A DNA stretch of 63,958 bases, the filler included, from Licmophora abbreviata (taxonomy: Eukaryota), in assembly GCA_900291995.1 (NCBI GenBank). It is 16 parts of 16 records of this genome, joined end to end, with 100 filler letters (N's around TTAATTAATTAA, not from the genome) between each part and the next. Parts side by side here need not be neighbours in the genome. Positions count along the whole stretch, not along the records: positions 1 to 5,263 come from OLMU01000409.1; positions 5,364 to 11,961 come from OLMU01000411.1; 14 more parts are not named here. One strand, written 5' to 3'. Shown here in pieces: positions 1-11,856 of this stretch (position 1 is its first letter; every line of letters begins with the position of its first letter). Made by a program: the position numbers and the translations under genes. The notes beneath the pieces were generated by a model. The model saw only the letters and a list, made by a program, of their open reading frames with translations. It had not been told where the DNA came from and searched no databases.

Positions 1-1722
1 TGTGCACTAACGCGCCACCCGGAGGCATGGCACATGTGGGCCATGTGGGAACTGCGTCGGAGTGGCGATGATGCCAAGGGGGACTACGCGATCGCTGTGT
101 TGCAGCTGGGACAGGATTGTATTCCAGACTGTACGCTCTTGGCGTACACCCAGTCGAATGTCGTCGAACTGCACACTGACAAGCCGGAGTCATGCATTGG
201 GGTATTGGAGCGTTTTGTCGACCGGAGCCCAAACACGTTGGGGTTTGTACTATACCAGCAGCTAGTGCGCAGGTACAAAGGGGTGCAGCAGGCTCGCGAG
301 GTCTTTGCAAGAGCACGTCGCGTCTTGTCGGACTCTGTCGAAAAGAGAAGTGAAACTGAGAAAGCTACACCAGTTGTTGGAGAGACGTCGAAACAAGCTG
401 TGGATCAGAATGAGACGAATGCATCCGGTGAAACTGAATACAAGAGCAACGATGGGAAGCGCCTGATGGTGACCAATCGGCTGGGCCCCGATATCGGCAC
501 CGGTACACCCGAAGAGCCAAGCGATGCCGAGGCTCTAGATGCTAATGAGATGGCAAGGGATGCAACCGAAGAAAGTGCAAAGCCACGTGCTGGTGTGATT
601 ACGTGGCACCTTTACGCCTCTCACGCAACGATGGAGCACAGGCTCAACCATGCCCCATCAGTCGCTGCACGCGTGTATGAACTGGGACTGAGAAAGCACG
701 TTTCATTCTTGACAAGACCGCCGTATGTCTTGAAATATGCGCAGCTGCTATTGGAGTTGGATGATACGGAGAATCTACGAGCGTTGCTGCGTCGCGCCAT
801 TGCAGCCTGTCAAGCGCAAGAAGGCAAGAGTGCCGAGGTGTCGGCGTTGTGGGACATGTCACTGCGTTTGGAAGCCATCTCCAGCGGTCAAGATGCAACA
901 AACGTTAGCAATCTCGACTCTGTTGAACGGAGAAGGCATGCAGCACTCTTCGGTGACGATGTCGAGGACGTGGCGGTGGGAAGGACAAAGACAGCAAATG
1001 AAGGGACCGTGGGGGGCAGTGCAAACAAGTCATCAATATCCGAGCAACTGATTCGGTCGGAAGGATATGATGTGAGTTCCAGCATTGTGAGTGGATTGAG
1101 TCGTACGGTCAACGTCCTTGAGATCATGGGAGTCTTAGGAAATGGGGAAACGACGAGAGTGAGCGAACGGACCGCAAAGCCTGCGTCAGGCGACGACGCG
1201 GACAACATGGTTGGCGGTGTAAGCGATGCATCCTACAGGCAGCGGTTGCAGTTCCAAGCGATGGCAGAAGCTGGCTTGTCACCTGATGCTGCCGGCCTCG
1301 GTGGGGAAGGTGTCAAAACCATGTCGGCACGAGAGCGACTTCATCAGGCTACAGGAGGTGCAACCGGTCCAACAAGTGCTGCTGCTCTTTTGATCCAGCA
1401 AAGCCCTGACTGGTTGCGTTCATTATTGTTGCTTCTTCCGGCCTCCCGATTTCGCACGGCCGCGATGAACAAACCTCCCCCACACATGATTGAAATGGCG
1501 CTCTCTTCCTTGCGCAACAATACTCTCCCTGCCGATCGACCGACGGATGGAAACAACTCGCGCGCCGGAGGTAAGCGCAAGAGAGACGGGGGCGACTCGT
1601 CGGACGAGGAAGATGGCAATGCGGGAAGCGCCGGTGGGTACGGTAGTCAGTTCCGATCGCGACAGCGTGCGAGACAAGGTGGGCAAATAAACGGGTCAGA
1701 GGGAGCTGCCCCGCATCAGTAA
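1..1722 (+). CDS. CSTF3: Cleavage stimulation factor 77 kDa subunit (CstF-77/Rna14/Suppressor of forked), 5'-truncated by the window edge
   Basis: HAT-repeat motifs typical of CstF-77: VRRYKGVQQAREVFARAR, WHLYASHATMEH..VAARVYELGLRKH, YVLKYAQLL..DDTENLRALL; C-terminal LLLLP..PP and KRKR..D..FRSRQ segments. Confidence 0.85.
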   Translation, partial: CALTRHPEAWHMWAMWELRRSGDDAKGDYAIAVLQLGQDCIPDCTLLAYTQSNVVELHTDKPESCIGVLERFVDRSPNTLGFVLYQQLVRRYKGVQQAREVFARARRVLSDSVEKRSETEKATPVVGETSKQAVDQNETNASGETEYKSNDGKRLMVTNRLGPDIGTGTPEEPSDAEALDANEMARDATEESAKPRAGVITWHLYASHATMEHRLNHAPSVAARVYELGLRKHVSFLTRPPYVLKYAQLLLELDDTENLRALLRRAIAACQAQEGKSAEVSALWDMSLRLEAISSGQDATNVSNLDSVERRRHAALFGDDVEDVAVGRTKTANEGTVGGSANKSSISEQLIRSEGYDVSSSIVSGLSRTVNVLEIMGVLGNGETTRVSERTAKPASGDDADNMVGGVSDASYRQRLQFQAMAEAGLSPDAAGLGGEGVKTMSARERLHQATGGATGPTSAAALLIQQSPDWLRSLLLLLPASRFRTAAMNKPPPHMIEMALSSLRNNTLPADRPTDGNNSRAGGKRKRDGGDSSDEEDGNAGSAGGYGSQFRSRQRARQGGQINGSEGAAPHQ

Positions 1723-2425
1723 AAACAGTGTTGACGGCTAAGTCAGGATGCTTTTGATGGGTGATGCTGTCGGGCGGTCTCCACTAGTATATCCGTTCTC
1801 TCTAGCTAGGATTCTGCTACGTAACTTACCATTCTAACTAGCTGAAGAGGCAATGCCTGTATATTACTATTAGACATTAACGAACTATTGCGTTGTGCCC
1901 GCAATATGGTGCTAGCTCTAGTACTTTCATACACTCCATGACAAACTACCGTAACACAGTCGCAAAAGTAGTTTGCTAGTCTTCTGTCGACGAGCTGATA
2001 CAGGCATATGTTTCTTGTACCAGGCACCTGTACTGGTGCAGATATGCCGGTAGACTTAGCTTGAGCTACGATACGTTTCATCTGCAGTTTCAACGGCTTC
2101 TGTGACTCTTGCAGATGGTTATGGTCGTGCGAACCTTGTTCAAGTTGAATGTGAGAATATTGTGTCTCCACCTCAGTGAAGAAGGCCCAGGCCAAATGGC
2201 AACTACGTCACCTGACGTCTGGTTCTGACTTCCTAGCGCCCTTAAACTGTAATATGTTTGATAATAGTTTTAAAGGAAAAGTATTTGAGCGCTAGAGATG
2301 TGACGTCCCGAGATTGAACTTGAAGTCTCTGTGACGTGTTCATCAAAATTCCAAGGCTTCCCGGGAAAGTCGACATCACATGCCTCACATTATCGAACTG
2401 GTAGCACCACGACCAAAAGTGCACC

Positions 2426-3184
2426 GTGACCATGATCAAACTTTCTTCTCGCCGCAGTGCCAAGAGCACCAAATCAATGAGCACAATTACACTAGAGATG
2501 ATCCACGGGAAGAAGTGGAAGGCGCTTCGAGCCCTGTTTGCCTCCCAACACCATCAGGAACAGGTCGCTCCCTTCTTTCTTGATGAAGCCACCAAGAATT
2601 CGGCCGAACGGAGTGACACCCCGACGATGCTTCACCTCTGTTGCAAGATGAACGCACCCACGGATGTCGTCGTCCTCATATATTCGGTATGCCCACAAGC
2701 GATTGAGATTCCTGACAAACTCGGCCGACTTCCTCTTCACATTGCTACGAAGCACGGAGCCTCCCCTTATGTGATTCGATTCCTCGTGGACAAGGCGGCA
2801 CAGGCCGCCCGAGTACAGGACGCCAATGGAATGACGGCTCTGCATCTGGCTTGTGAGAGCTATATGCGAGCCTACAAACCCTCAGAAAGTGATGACACGA
2901 CTCGGAAGGAAGCCATCGAAGCTGTTGTAACCATGCTGTGCATTGCTTCACCAAAGTCGATCAACACGGAAGACAAGAATGACATGTCGGCGCTGGAGTA
3001 TGCTATTGAGAGCGATCTCCCGATTCGCGCTGTTAAGAAGCTTCAGAAGACTTCGGAAAAGGCTTGGAAGACCACTGCCTCTACCGTCAACATGAGAGAG
3101 AATGGGAACTTCTCATCCCCGCAGCATCTTAGCCGACCAGGCATGATGCGACGACGATCATCTGCAATGATCATCGCGGCGTAA
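2426..3184 (+). CDS. Ankyrin-repeat protein
   Basis: Repeats MLHLCC, DKLGRLPLHIA, DANGMTALHLAC, DKNDMSALEYA. Confidence 0.85.
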   Translation: MTMIKLSSRRSAKSTKSMSTITLEMIHGKKWKALRALFASQHHQEQVAPFFLDEATKNSAERSDTPTMLHLCCKMNAPTDVVVLIYSVCPQAIEIPDKLGRLPLHIATKHGASPYVIRFLVDKAAQAARVQDANGMTALHLACESYMRAYKPSESDDTTRKEAIEAVVTMLCIASPKSINTEDKNDMSALEYAIESDLPIRAVKKLQKTSEKAWKTTASTVNMRENGNFSSPQHLSRPGMMRRRSSAMIIAA

Positions 3185-3246
3185 AACGCCTGTCTGATAC
3201 TGTACAGAGACATATACACTAGGAACACAATTAGAACCACTTTTTA

Positions 3247-6200
3247 CTAGTATTGCCCTTTGTATTTATGGATCCTCTGGTAGTTCTGAAAGACGCTTCG
3301 AAAAGTTGCTTTTCCAGTCGTGTCCATTAGTGCGTTGAGCTGCTTTGTCTCATAGTGCGTCAGCATATCCAACAGACAATAGATGCCGGGAAGAATATTC
3401 TTCTTGCATGCAGGGTGGATATCATGTTTACCGACGAATTGCAACAACACTCCCAGTACGTGCTTGCGATACACGTCTCGGTGCGGCACCATTAGCTCAC
3501 AAATTCGGGTAAACTGTTGTGCCTGGTCGTCCATCGAGAACGCGTCGCTCAGCGTGTGCCGAAGAAGCGAATGGACAACCGATACGAGCAGTGCAACGCA
3601 AGAGTAGAGCTGTTTAGGAAACCGCTGCAGCAGCAGCGACAACACCTCAAACGAGCATGTGAAGACCTTTTCGGAAACAGATCCGTGCCCCAGCAACGCG
3701 TTCGTTTGGGACAGGATCAAACCAATGTCTCGCTCTCGAACGCGAAGGATGTCCCTGTTGTGTAACATGGCTGTAATGACCGCAACACCTGTCGTGAGGC
3801 GAAAATGGAGCTTATCTTCGGCTTCGTCGGCTGGGGAGAGCAAGTCCAAAGATGCAACGAAGAAGTGTCTGGAGACAGACGCAATCTGCTCGCTCTGTTC
3901 CAATCCATCGATGTGTGTTATCAGTAGTTCAAACAGTCGATGACTGGACACTGTGTTGTCTTTATCATCAAGCGACACAAGTAGCCTATTCAGAAAGTTT
4001 TGAACGACTTCGGTTTGCAAGGTTGGAACAACTCCGCAAAAAGCAGCTTCTAAAAGCGGGTCCTCTTGCTTGCGCGAAACTAGACACTGCTCCAGGACTA
4101 CGCTTGCAACCGTGTCCAGGTTCCACTCACTGGCAACCATGCAAGCGAGACAGTATGACAAGGCTTCGCTGTGGTCGTATCTTTTGATAGCTGTCGCCTG
4201 CTGTAGTATCATTGAACTGAGACTGTTGAGAAGCTCGCCGTCGTCAACTTTCGAAGATAAGTGCACCATATCGCCAGCGAGTAGCAATAACGCATCCGGC
4301 CAACGGCTTCCCGGGCTACAAAGTTTGAAGAAATTGCCTTGGAGCGAGGAGAGCAGGTGGACAACTGCCTCGCGAGAATCATCGTTTTGCAACACATCGC
4401 TGTCTTCATTCATCAGAGCCATTCGTCTAATAGCAGATCGAGCGAGCACTTGCCTCGAGCGGAGGGGTGCACTATCGTCGTTGCAGCAAACTACGATATG
4501 CCTTGTAGTGACACACAACATATTCTCGTTCTCGCGAATGGCGCTTGAGCAAAATACAAGCAGTGACTCGAGCAGGCATGCACAAAGCCCAAGAAGACGC
4601 CCCTCGCGGGCAGTCTCCCCATTGACGTCGTACAAAGAGAAGAGAAAGCCGACAAGACCCCGTAGAACGCTTTCATCAGATACCAAAAGGTTAACTTCAC
4701 CGGCAGAGGCCATCTCGTCAAAGGTGTGGGATGCAAACGAAAGGACACTCTCAAGTAGGTCACTGGCAACTTCTCGGTAGACAGAATGAGTTTTCGAAAG
4801 CCATCGAGTGAGCACTGCCTGTCTCACACACGAGTCAAACAGTTCTGTGCTATCACACGACAGCGTAGTCGCTCGAGGTATGCCATTGAGCAATAGCATG
4901 ATCCGCAACGCTTGTTTCAGCAAACGCGTCGATTGAATCGGCAGCTTCACAGGTGCTGGTCCTTTCCCTTCAACGTAGTTTGCGCCTAGTATGGTGGCAA
5001 TCTGATGTGGAGTGGCGGATTTCCAACTTTTGGCTCGTCGTGACGCCATCAGATTGGCCCCATTCACGAAATACAGGCCATCAGCGTGGTCCCCGGACGA
5101 CTCCAGAGCTGCCCCTACCTTCTCGGAAACGCACGCGAGGCCCACTCTGCGAAGCCGATCCACTATCGGAGGCATCTCAACAAACGAAGCGTCGCACAAG
5201 AGTGACATTGCCACCTCTGCATCACTCTGAAAGACGGTATGCTCGTCGGAGATCAGCGAGATANNNNNNNNNNNNNNNNNNNNNNNNNNNNNNNNNNNNN
5301 NNNNNNNTTAATTAATTAANNNNNNNNNNNNNNNNNNNNNNNNNNNNNNNNNNNNNNNNNNNNCGTCATCGGACCGTCTTGTATCAGCTGCCCGAGTAAA
5401 TGGTAGGCCAAATTTGCCCAAAAGCGAAACTGACTGGAGGCTGCATCGTTCTGTTTTGCCCGATGCTTTAACTTGCGCACACTGGCAAGGTGATGTTCCC
5501 ATTTCGTACATTGCGCGACGTATCCATTCAAAAGCGAGGGGACAAACTGAATTACAGCAAACTTATGGGCCTGTAACCCATCCTTTCCCGAAATCAAACC
5601 ATGAATTGTTTCAAGAAAATATTCTTGATAACAGTGATGCCGTTTCCTCGTCTCGGGCTCGGCGTCACCTTCTCTGTCCAGATTCACTGTACCGCTGTCA
5701 GGGAAGGAAGGAATTGTCATATTCATGGATCGAAAACCATCCATGTGATTACTCGGACTGAAGAGTCCTTCCCATATCAACGCCTTTATATCGCCTTGAA
5801 TCGCAGTGACGTGCTTCTCTTCCCCTCCCAGAAAGTGAAGATACGAAAGAGTTCCAAAAACTTTGGAATCGGCCAGTACTTGAAACGTCTTCTTCGGACT
5901 CGCGACTCCCAGAACTTGAATATGCCTCAGCAGACGCACGGTCGCAGCAACAACACCCATCTGTTGTACGGATAACAGAACAGGTCGATCAGCAGAATCA
6001 GTACAGCTCTGGCGAACTTTCTCCTCGATGGACATGAGAATGGATTCGCAGGCGACATTCAGCGTCGGCCTGTACAGCCTATCGACCAACATTTCATAGC
6101 ATTCGCATGCTGACGACGCCGCGGATTGGGATTTTGAAAATGCCACATCAGCCGCAAGGGGCACAATCTTGTTCAGGATACTCTGGGGAAAAGTCTCTGA

Positions 6201-6722
6201 ACGATTCCCAGTTCGAGACCTGTCAATGCTCCCGTCTCCTTTTCGAAATTGAAACTGCAAACACTTTGTCATAACTTTCCAAGCAACCATGTCTGCGTCC
6301 CCGTCGGAGGGAAAGTTGGATGCAGCGCGAGCGAGCTCTCTCGTAGACCAAGGCAGTAGCATTTCGACTATATCCTCCGGTGATATCAACGGCGACGCGC
6401 GGGGGGACTCGTCGGACCCATCACTCCGCGTTCGTATCCTCGCCGCCGCTTCGTCCACGTAGGCTATCAAGACATTCAGAGTTTCGATGACGTCGGAAGG
6501 TGTCGCTTTTCTACCAGTCGTTTTGGAATGTTCCATGAATTTCAACACGTATGGAAGTATGTTGATTTCAGCCTCATCTAGTGCCCTATCTACGGATGAA
6601 TCCAGGAACGGGTTCCGCCTTTTACTGATCGCACTACTAGTACCGTCAGTCGACGCCGCTTGAGAAATACTCCGTTCTTCTTCTTTCTGAGCCCCAGAGA
6701 CTGAAACTCTTTTACGTTTCAT
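3247..6722 (-). CDS. URB2: Nucleolar pre-ribosomal protein URB2/Npa2, split by the assembly gap at 5264-5363
   Basis: C-terminal Urb2 domain LLQFV..ILPGIYCLLDML..ETKQLNALMD..GKATFRSVFQNYQRIHKYKG. ORF 5316-6911 on the same strand supplies the N-terminal half; probable ATG at 6722 (MKRKR). Confidence 0.75.
5264..5363. other. Artificial scaffold spacer 44N-TTAATTAATTAA-44N. Same spacer at 11962, 22412, 23779, 27855, 29639, 30903, 32995, 35974, 40735, 43552, 55575, 58540, 61362 and 62737 (each 100 nt)
   Basis: Identical N-flanked linker with stop codons in all six frames, 15 times in the window; not biological. Confidence 0.98.
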
Positions 6723-7049
6723 TGTCGTTAAGCCGTGTCGAATGATCAAGCAGGGAGTCGATGGTGACAGCGGTGATGTACCATGGTCCAAACTGAACCA
6801 TGTCTGTGATTTCTCGGCCGCACCGATTTCGTATGTATGGTGATGGCGCTCCATTTTCAGTACGTCGCCCGGCAAATTCGTCTGACTGCTACCCGTCTCT
6901 GAGGCAGCCACACATCACACATCATGAAAAAAGATTCGAAATTCGGATGATGACCATGACGATGCGTTGAGCCCCGGTCGTCTTCGTCGATGTCCGTTCC
7001 AACGCAAGTCGTTTACTTCCTTCAGAACTTGCGCATTCCTTGGCTCAAC

Positions 7050-8657
7050 ATGGAAAGATCGCGTCCCCCAAAACGAAGAAGACGATCGCTGAAGCGGCCT
7101 TCTGACGCCGCCGATCGCAATAAACGCCGTCGGCGCCACCATCGTCGTTCCAGATCTCCCTCTTACTGCGCATCGCCGTCGCATCAACGTCGTCGTGGTC
7201 GTTCCTCTCGTTATTCCAGGAGAGAGCGATATCGAAACGAGCAAAGTCCTAACTATGATCTGCACGATCATCGACGACGCCGACACGACGGAGGCACCCA
7301 CCGCCGATCTGAAGATAGCGCCAAGGGAGGCAGAAGACGACGAGATGGGGACGAGCGGCCTTCGTGGAGCCCTCACCGACAGCGTTATCGTTCAGATGAG
7401 TCAGCAGAAGATCAAAGTGGGAGGAGGCGACGTAGACGTCATCGCAAGAAGAGACCTCGCCGGAAAAGTCCATCGTACGCTCTGGAGTCCGAGGATGCTG
7501 CCGGCGATAGAGCACGTCCCCCGGCTGGATTAGTCAGCGACGACGACTGTGAGATACCATCGCCCAAGAAGGAGCCACAGATTGTGCCTGAGAGGAGACC
7601 TAGCTACGCTTCCTCGACTCACGACGATTCCAAAGGTCATTTCCAGGGCGGACCCGGGACTATGATTGACGGTCGCTACCGAGTGGTTCGTGATGTCGGC
7701 CTAGGGACATTCGGTCGCGTCGTCGAATGCCACGATCTGAAGCGTGCTCGCCACGCTCGTGGTTGCGACGATGATGGAGCTCATGTTGCCATCAAAATTG
7801 TTCGCAAAATCAAGCGATACTACGAATCCGCCCTGATCGAGGCCAAGATTGTGGTTGACGTCAATCGTCGAGGTGGTCGAGGAACATCGCACTGCGCTGT
7901 TATGTTTGATGCCTTTACTTGGGACTCTCACTACTGCATGGTCTTTGAGAATCTTGGTCCGTCGCTCTATGACTTCATGAAGCGCCATCGCTATCAGCCA
8001 TTCCCATACTTTTGTGTTCGCGACATTGCCCGGCAGCTCCTGGAAACACTGGATTTCCTACACAGCTTTGGTCTGATTCATACAGACTTAAAACCAGAGA
8101 ATATTCTGTTGATGAACCACCGTGAAGGTACTTACAGAGGCCGAAGGCAGTCGTACCAGATACCCGAATCGACTCACATCAAAATTATTGACTTTGGCTG
8201 CGCGACGTTCGACGACGAGAAGAAGTCGAAGATCGTCAACACCCGGCAGTACCGAGCGCCTGAGGTTATTCTCGGTACTGGCTGGGGAAAACCCACTGAC
8301 CTGTGGTCGACAGGATGCATTCTGATGGAACTTTACACAGGCGAGCTCCTCTTTCCGACACACGATAATGTTGAACATCTGGCCCAAATGGAACGGGTGA
8401 TTAGTCCCTTTCCCCGTCGCTTGCTGAAAGAGGCGCGACAGTCGAAGCTCGTTAGTCAGGCCTTCGATCCAAGCGGCAAGCACCGCCAAGCCTCAGTGCT
8501 TTCACCAGAGAGCGCCGCGTTTGTGCGTGGGATGACACCGCTTCAATCCATTATTCGAAGAGAAGATGACCGACTATTGCATTTACTCCGCCGGCTACTT
8601 GTAATCGATCCCCAAGATAGAGGCACGGCCTACGAATGCCTACGATACAGATTGTAA
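7050..8657 (+). CDS. LAMMER/CLK-family dual-specificity kinase with Arg/Ser-rich N-terminus
   Basis: GLGTFG, VAIK, HTDLKPENIL, IIDFG, TRQYRAPEVILG and the LAMMER-like motif EHLAQMERV. Confidence 0.92.
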   Translation: MERSRPPKRRRRSLKRPSDAADRNKRRRRHHRRSRSPSYCASPSHQRRRGRSSRYSRRERYRNEQSPNYDLHDHRRRRHDGGTHRRSEDSAKGGRRRRDGDERPSWSPHRQRYRSDESAEDQSGRRRRRRHRKKRPRRKSPSYALESEDAAGDRARPPAGLVSDDDCEIPSPKKEPQIVPERRPSYASSTHDDSKGHFQGGPGTMIDGRYRVVRDVGLGTFGRVVECHDLKRARHARGCDDDGAHVAIKIVRKIKRYYESALIEAKIVVDVNRRGGRGTSHCAVMFDAFTWDSHYCMVFENLGPSLYDFMKRHRYQPFPYFCVRDIARQLLETLDFLHSFGLIHTDLKPENILLMNHREGTYRGRRQSYQIPESTHIKIIDFGCATFDDEKKSKIVNTRQYRAPEVILGTGWGKPTDLWSTGCILMELYTGELLFPTHDNVEHLAQMERVISPFPRRLLKEARQSKLVSQAFDPSGKHRQASVLSPESAAFVRGMTPLQSIIRREDDRLLHLLRRLLVIDPQDRGTAYECLRYRL

Positions 8658-8890
8658 GAAGTAGGTTCGGCTTTATCCCGTGTCTGGTCGAAAGCTCGTG
8701 TGCTTTGACGCTGGTCTCGTATATCGAACGCTAGGTCTGCCTCAGGAGTCAGAATGACGAACAGGGTTGCGATTATACCCCATTAACTGTGTGTGACTCG
8801 TCGGCTGATATGCTGAGCCACTACCCTTCACCATCTATCCATCATTTGTCGCTCTGAGTGTGCCCTCATCTTGACCCCATTTCACATTGG

Positions 8891-9963
8891 TTATGTCCAG
8901 CCAACAAGATTCTGTCGCGCCGCCGTCGCTTGTTCTGCCGCATTCCTGTTGATTGTCAATCTACCTTTTATGTGCATTTGCTCCAATACCAGATGCTCAC
9001 GAAAGATTGAGTGGCCGTAGCTTCTCGGATTGAACTGAAAATCGGAATCACCAAAGCCTTGAACCCTGGAACAGTTCAGCGGCTTTGGCATGTTGAAGTG
9101 ATAAGGATAGCACGGGTCTTCCTCTCTTCCGAACACAGTGACCGATCTGCAGTTGTCAACGGCCCACAAAGCAATCATCATTCCGGAACTGCAGATTTGG
9201 TTCTTTCCAAGACCCACAAATTTTATACAAGATATAGTTTTAGCCATTGGCACAAGCAGCCAATTTGACGCTGTTCTGGTGTGCCATTTTGCATACCCTT
9301 CCACCTCTCTGGGGGACCTTGTGTCCAGCGTGATTCCCGTCCAGTTCGAGTTGTTTTGTAGCGCGAACCATTCTCCTGGTGATGAATAGTTGCTATTATG
9401 AAAGATTCCAAAGTGGACGAGCCAGTGTGTAGTTCTATGCCCCACATGTCTCTCGAAGCCATCAGGGATAGCACCGTTGATTCGGATACTTCGTCGAACG
9501 AGTCGATGATCGGGCCATCATCATATTTCAGTAAGCTTCCAGAGCTGAAAACAACTGCACAAGAGCCCAGCTCTCTGGAGCTGACCCGAGGGCCTACCCG
9601 CTTGGCTGTCGGAAGCGCTGTCTCATTTAGCGGAGGAAAAGCTTTCGCTTTTTGAGGTACAGCTATCGATCCAGAGGCGATCCTCGCTAATGGAGGGACA
9701 CGCATTGCACTGCTGACTTTTGTAGAGATAGTTTTGGGATCCAAAAAGCTGCTCTTCTGGAAGGAGTGTCGTTGCTGGAGATGCCAATTTTCGCCGTACT
9801 TTCGGAGGAGTCGATGATGCCGTAATGAGGGGTGCCCGTTTGAGCACCAGTAGACACTTAATAGAAAACAGAACACTATCAAAGCCAGTATCGCAGGCGT
9901 GCAGACATGTCGTTGGCGTCCCACTCTCACGTCGTCAAGACGAAAATGTAGAAAACTCGCCAT
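8891..9963 (-). CDS. GT29 (sialyltransferase-like) type II membrane glycosyltransferase; 1-nt frameshift at about 9487
   Basis: N-terminal TM; sialylmotif L CAVVFSSGSLL..GPIIDSFDEV|IRINGA..GFERHVGHRTT split over two frames; motif S SSGMMIALWAVDNCRSVTVFG; motif III PYHF; motif VS HSIFREH. Confidence 0.85.
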
Positions 9964-10448
9964 CTTGTTTGATCAGAAGAAAAATGATAGGGCCTCAAGG
10001 AGACTTTGATTTCGTGGCAGAGAGTCTTTCCTCTATGCTCATGGAGGTTACGTGTCTTGATGTTTGCGGTAGATGACCGTATGCGATGCGACGGCGTGAC
10101 TTGATGACCTCCGCGCATGGTGGGCGTGGGAGGCAGAGGGATGAGCTCGTCTCGCGCGAGAGAGTGCCGGGCATCTAAATAATAACTCAAATGTATTTAT
10201 GCAGGGATGTGATTATAATAGAATGTCAGTGTGATCGACAATTGAAACGTGCTCGCTCCGATCACAACCGGAACCCCTGTGAACCCATGAACACACTTCA
10301 GACGGATACTGCGCAGAAAAGCGTAGCTTGAATTGAGATTGGGTCTTCACTAAAATACCGATACTTACTAGATTATTATAAAAGTCATATAAAGGTGGTA
10401 GCGACTGCTTCAAGAGACGATACACCCCCCGCGCAACACATCTACTCT

Positions 10449-11856
10449 CTAGACTTCCTCGCTCTCTTCGTCGTCTCCATCATCTTCCTTCTGCTTCTTG
10501 CTGTCGCCCTCTTCGTCGCTGCCTTCTGCCTTCCTCTTTGAGCCAGAGGCCGAAGCTTCAAGCTCCTCAGCCTCCTTTTGCCGCTTCGCAATGTCATCTT
10601 TGAGCTTCTGAAGGCGTTCTTCGAGAGTCGCCTGCTCTTGCTGGGCGGTATCCAAGTTCTGCGATCCACCATTAATGACCACAGAAGCCGGTGGTCCCCC
10701 CAGTCCCAAAGAAGATGGACCTGCGGGAAACAAAGAGTTCGATCCACTGTCGGCGGCGGCCGCTCCATCACCATTCTGCAACTGCTGCTGCTGCTGTTGA
10801 AGCTGCTGCTGTTGATAGAGATTCATCATGAGAGTTGTCTCCTGAATCTCGTTGAGGAGATTCATATGATGAAGCTTGAGCATCTCGTAGTGTTGGTTGG
10901 GATTGACGGAGCCACCAGCTCCCATACCACCCATTCCGAGCGCTCCGAGACCGGACGCACGACGTGAGCCCTCATCGCCACCTCGTCCCTTCTGAGAGTA
11001 GTGATCGGCACGGGCAGCCTCGTAGGCAGCAGCAGCGCCCCCGCCAACCAGGGGGCGATGGGAAGGCACTCCTAAGCCCATGGAGTTGTTGCGACGCTTG
11101 AGATCGTCGTCCATCATGTTGAATCCAAGCGACGAACTGCGGCGTTGTGCCATGAGACTATTGAGATCTTCGTTTCCGGGCCAGCCCAAGCTGTTATTGC
11201 GCTCCATTGGACCTCCCGGAGTTCCTTCTCCTCCATCCTCTCCATCTTCACCACCACCCTTGCGGCCCAATCGTCCGCTCACCTGACGGACGCCTAGGCG
11301 CTCCAGCTCGACCATGACCCAGTCGCGACTGGGCTTGGGGCGCATGGTCGAGCGCCATGCTCGCGTCAGCGCCTTGGCACGGGCGCACTTTTCGTCAGCT
11401 TCGCCGGCCGGGAAGGTTCCCAGAGCGATGGTCTTGCCGGCCCACTGTAAGCGATAGAGAAGTGAATCACACGTCGTTAGTTGGCATCGCGATCATTTAT
11501 TTTGTGAGCTGGGGCGCATGTTAAAACTCAACGCTCGTTGACATTTTATCCATTATACGGGGCATACTATCGATAAGTTATTCTCTGACCATACAAAAAC
11601 GCGAAGTCATCGCAGAATCAACCTCTTTCGGGTCTTTGGGCCCAAGGGGTCACAAAATCGTCGAGTGGTCGTGTAGAAAACGTACGGCAGTCTACGGCCG
11701 ACGAGGAAGAGTCTTTTGTTTCGACGATGACCTTGACTCTCCCTTCAGGTCTTCGATCTCGGTCATATGCCTGACTTCGAAACTAAGGTCACATACCTTG
11801 ACATGGACAGCCTTTTTCCCTCCCATTTTGAAAGAAGACGACGGGGTGGAGCTCAT
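10449..11856 (-). CDS. Putative transcription factor with a divergent AP2-like domain and polyQ/coiled coil; exons 11856-11797 and 11444-10449
   Basis: Splice sites AAG|gtatgt ... ttacag|TGG give MSSTPSSSFKMGGKKAVHVK-WAGKTIALGTFPAGEADEKCARAK, resembling the AP2 GKxIxLGTF strand plus helix; Q-rich C-terminal region. Confidence 0.65.

Noticed and set aside
1806..2484. Intergenic ORFs 1806-2195 and 2242-2484 (likewise 12540-12998 and 13200-13645)
   Set aside because: Non-ATG starts, no motifs or splice support; probably UTR or promoter sequence.
4070..4780. Long antisense or overlapping ORFs (also 24908-25564, 26293-26937, 53338-54198, 56253-56888)
   Set aside because: Shadows of real genes on the opposite strand, with no recognisable motifs.
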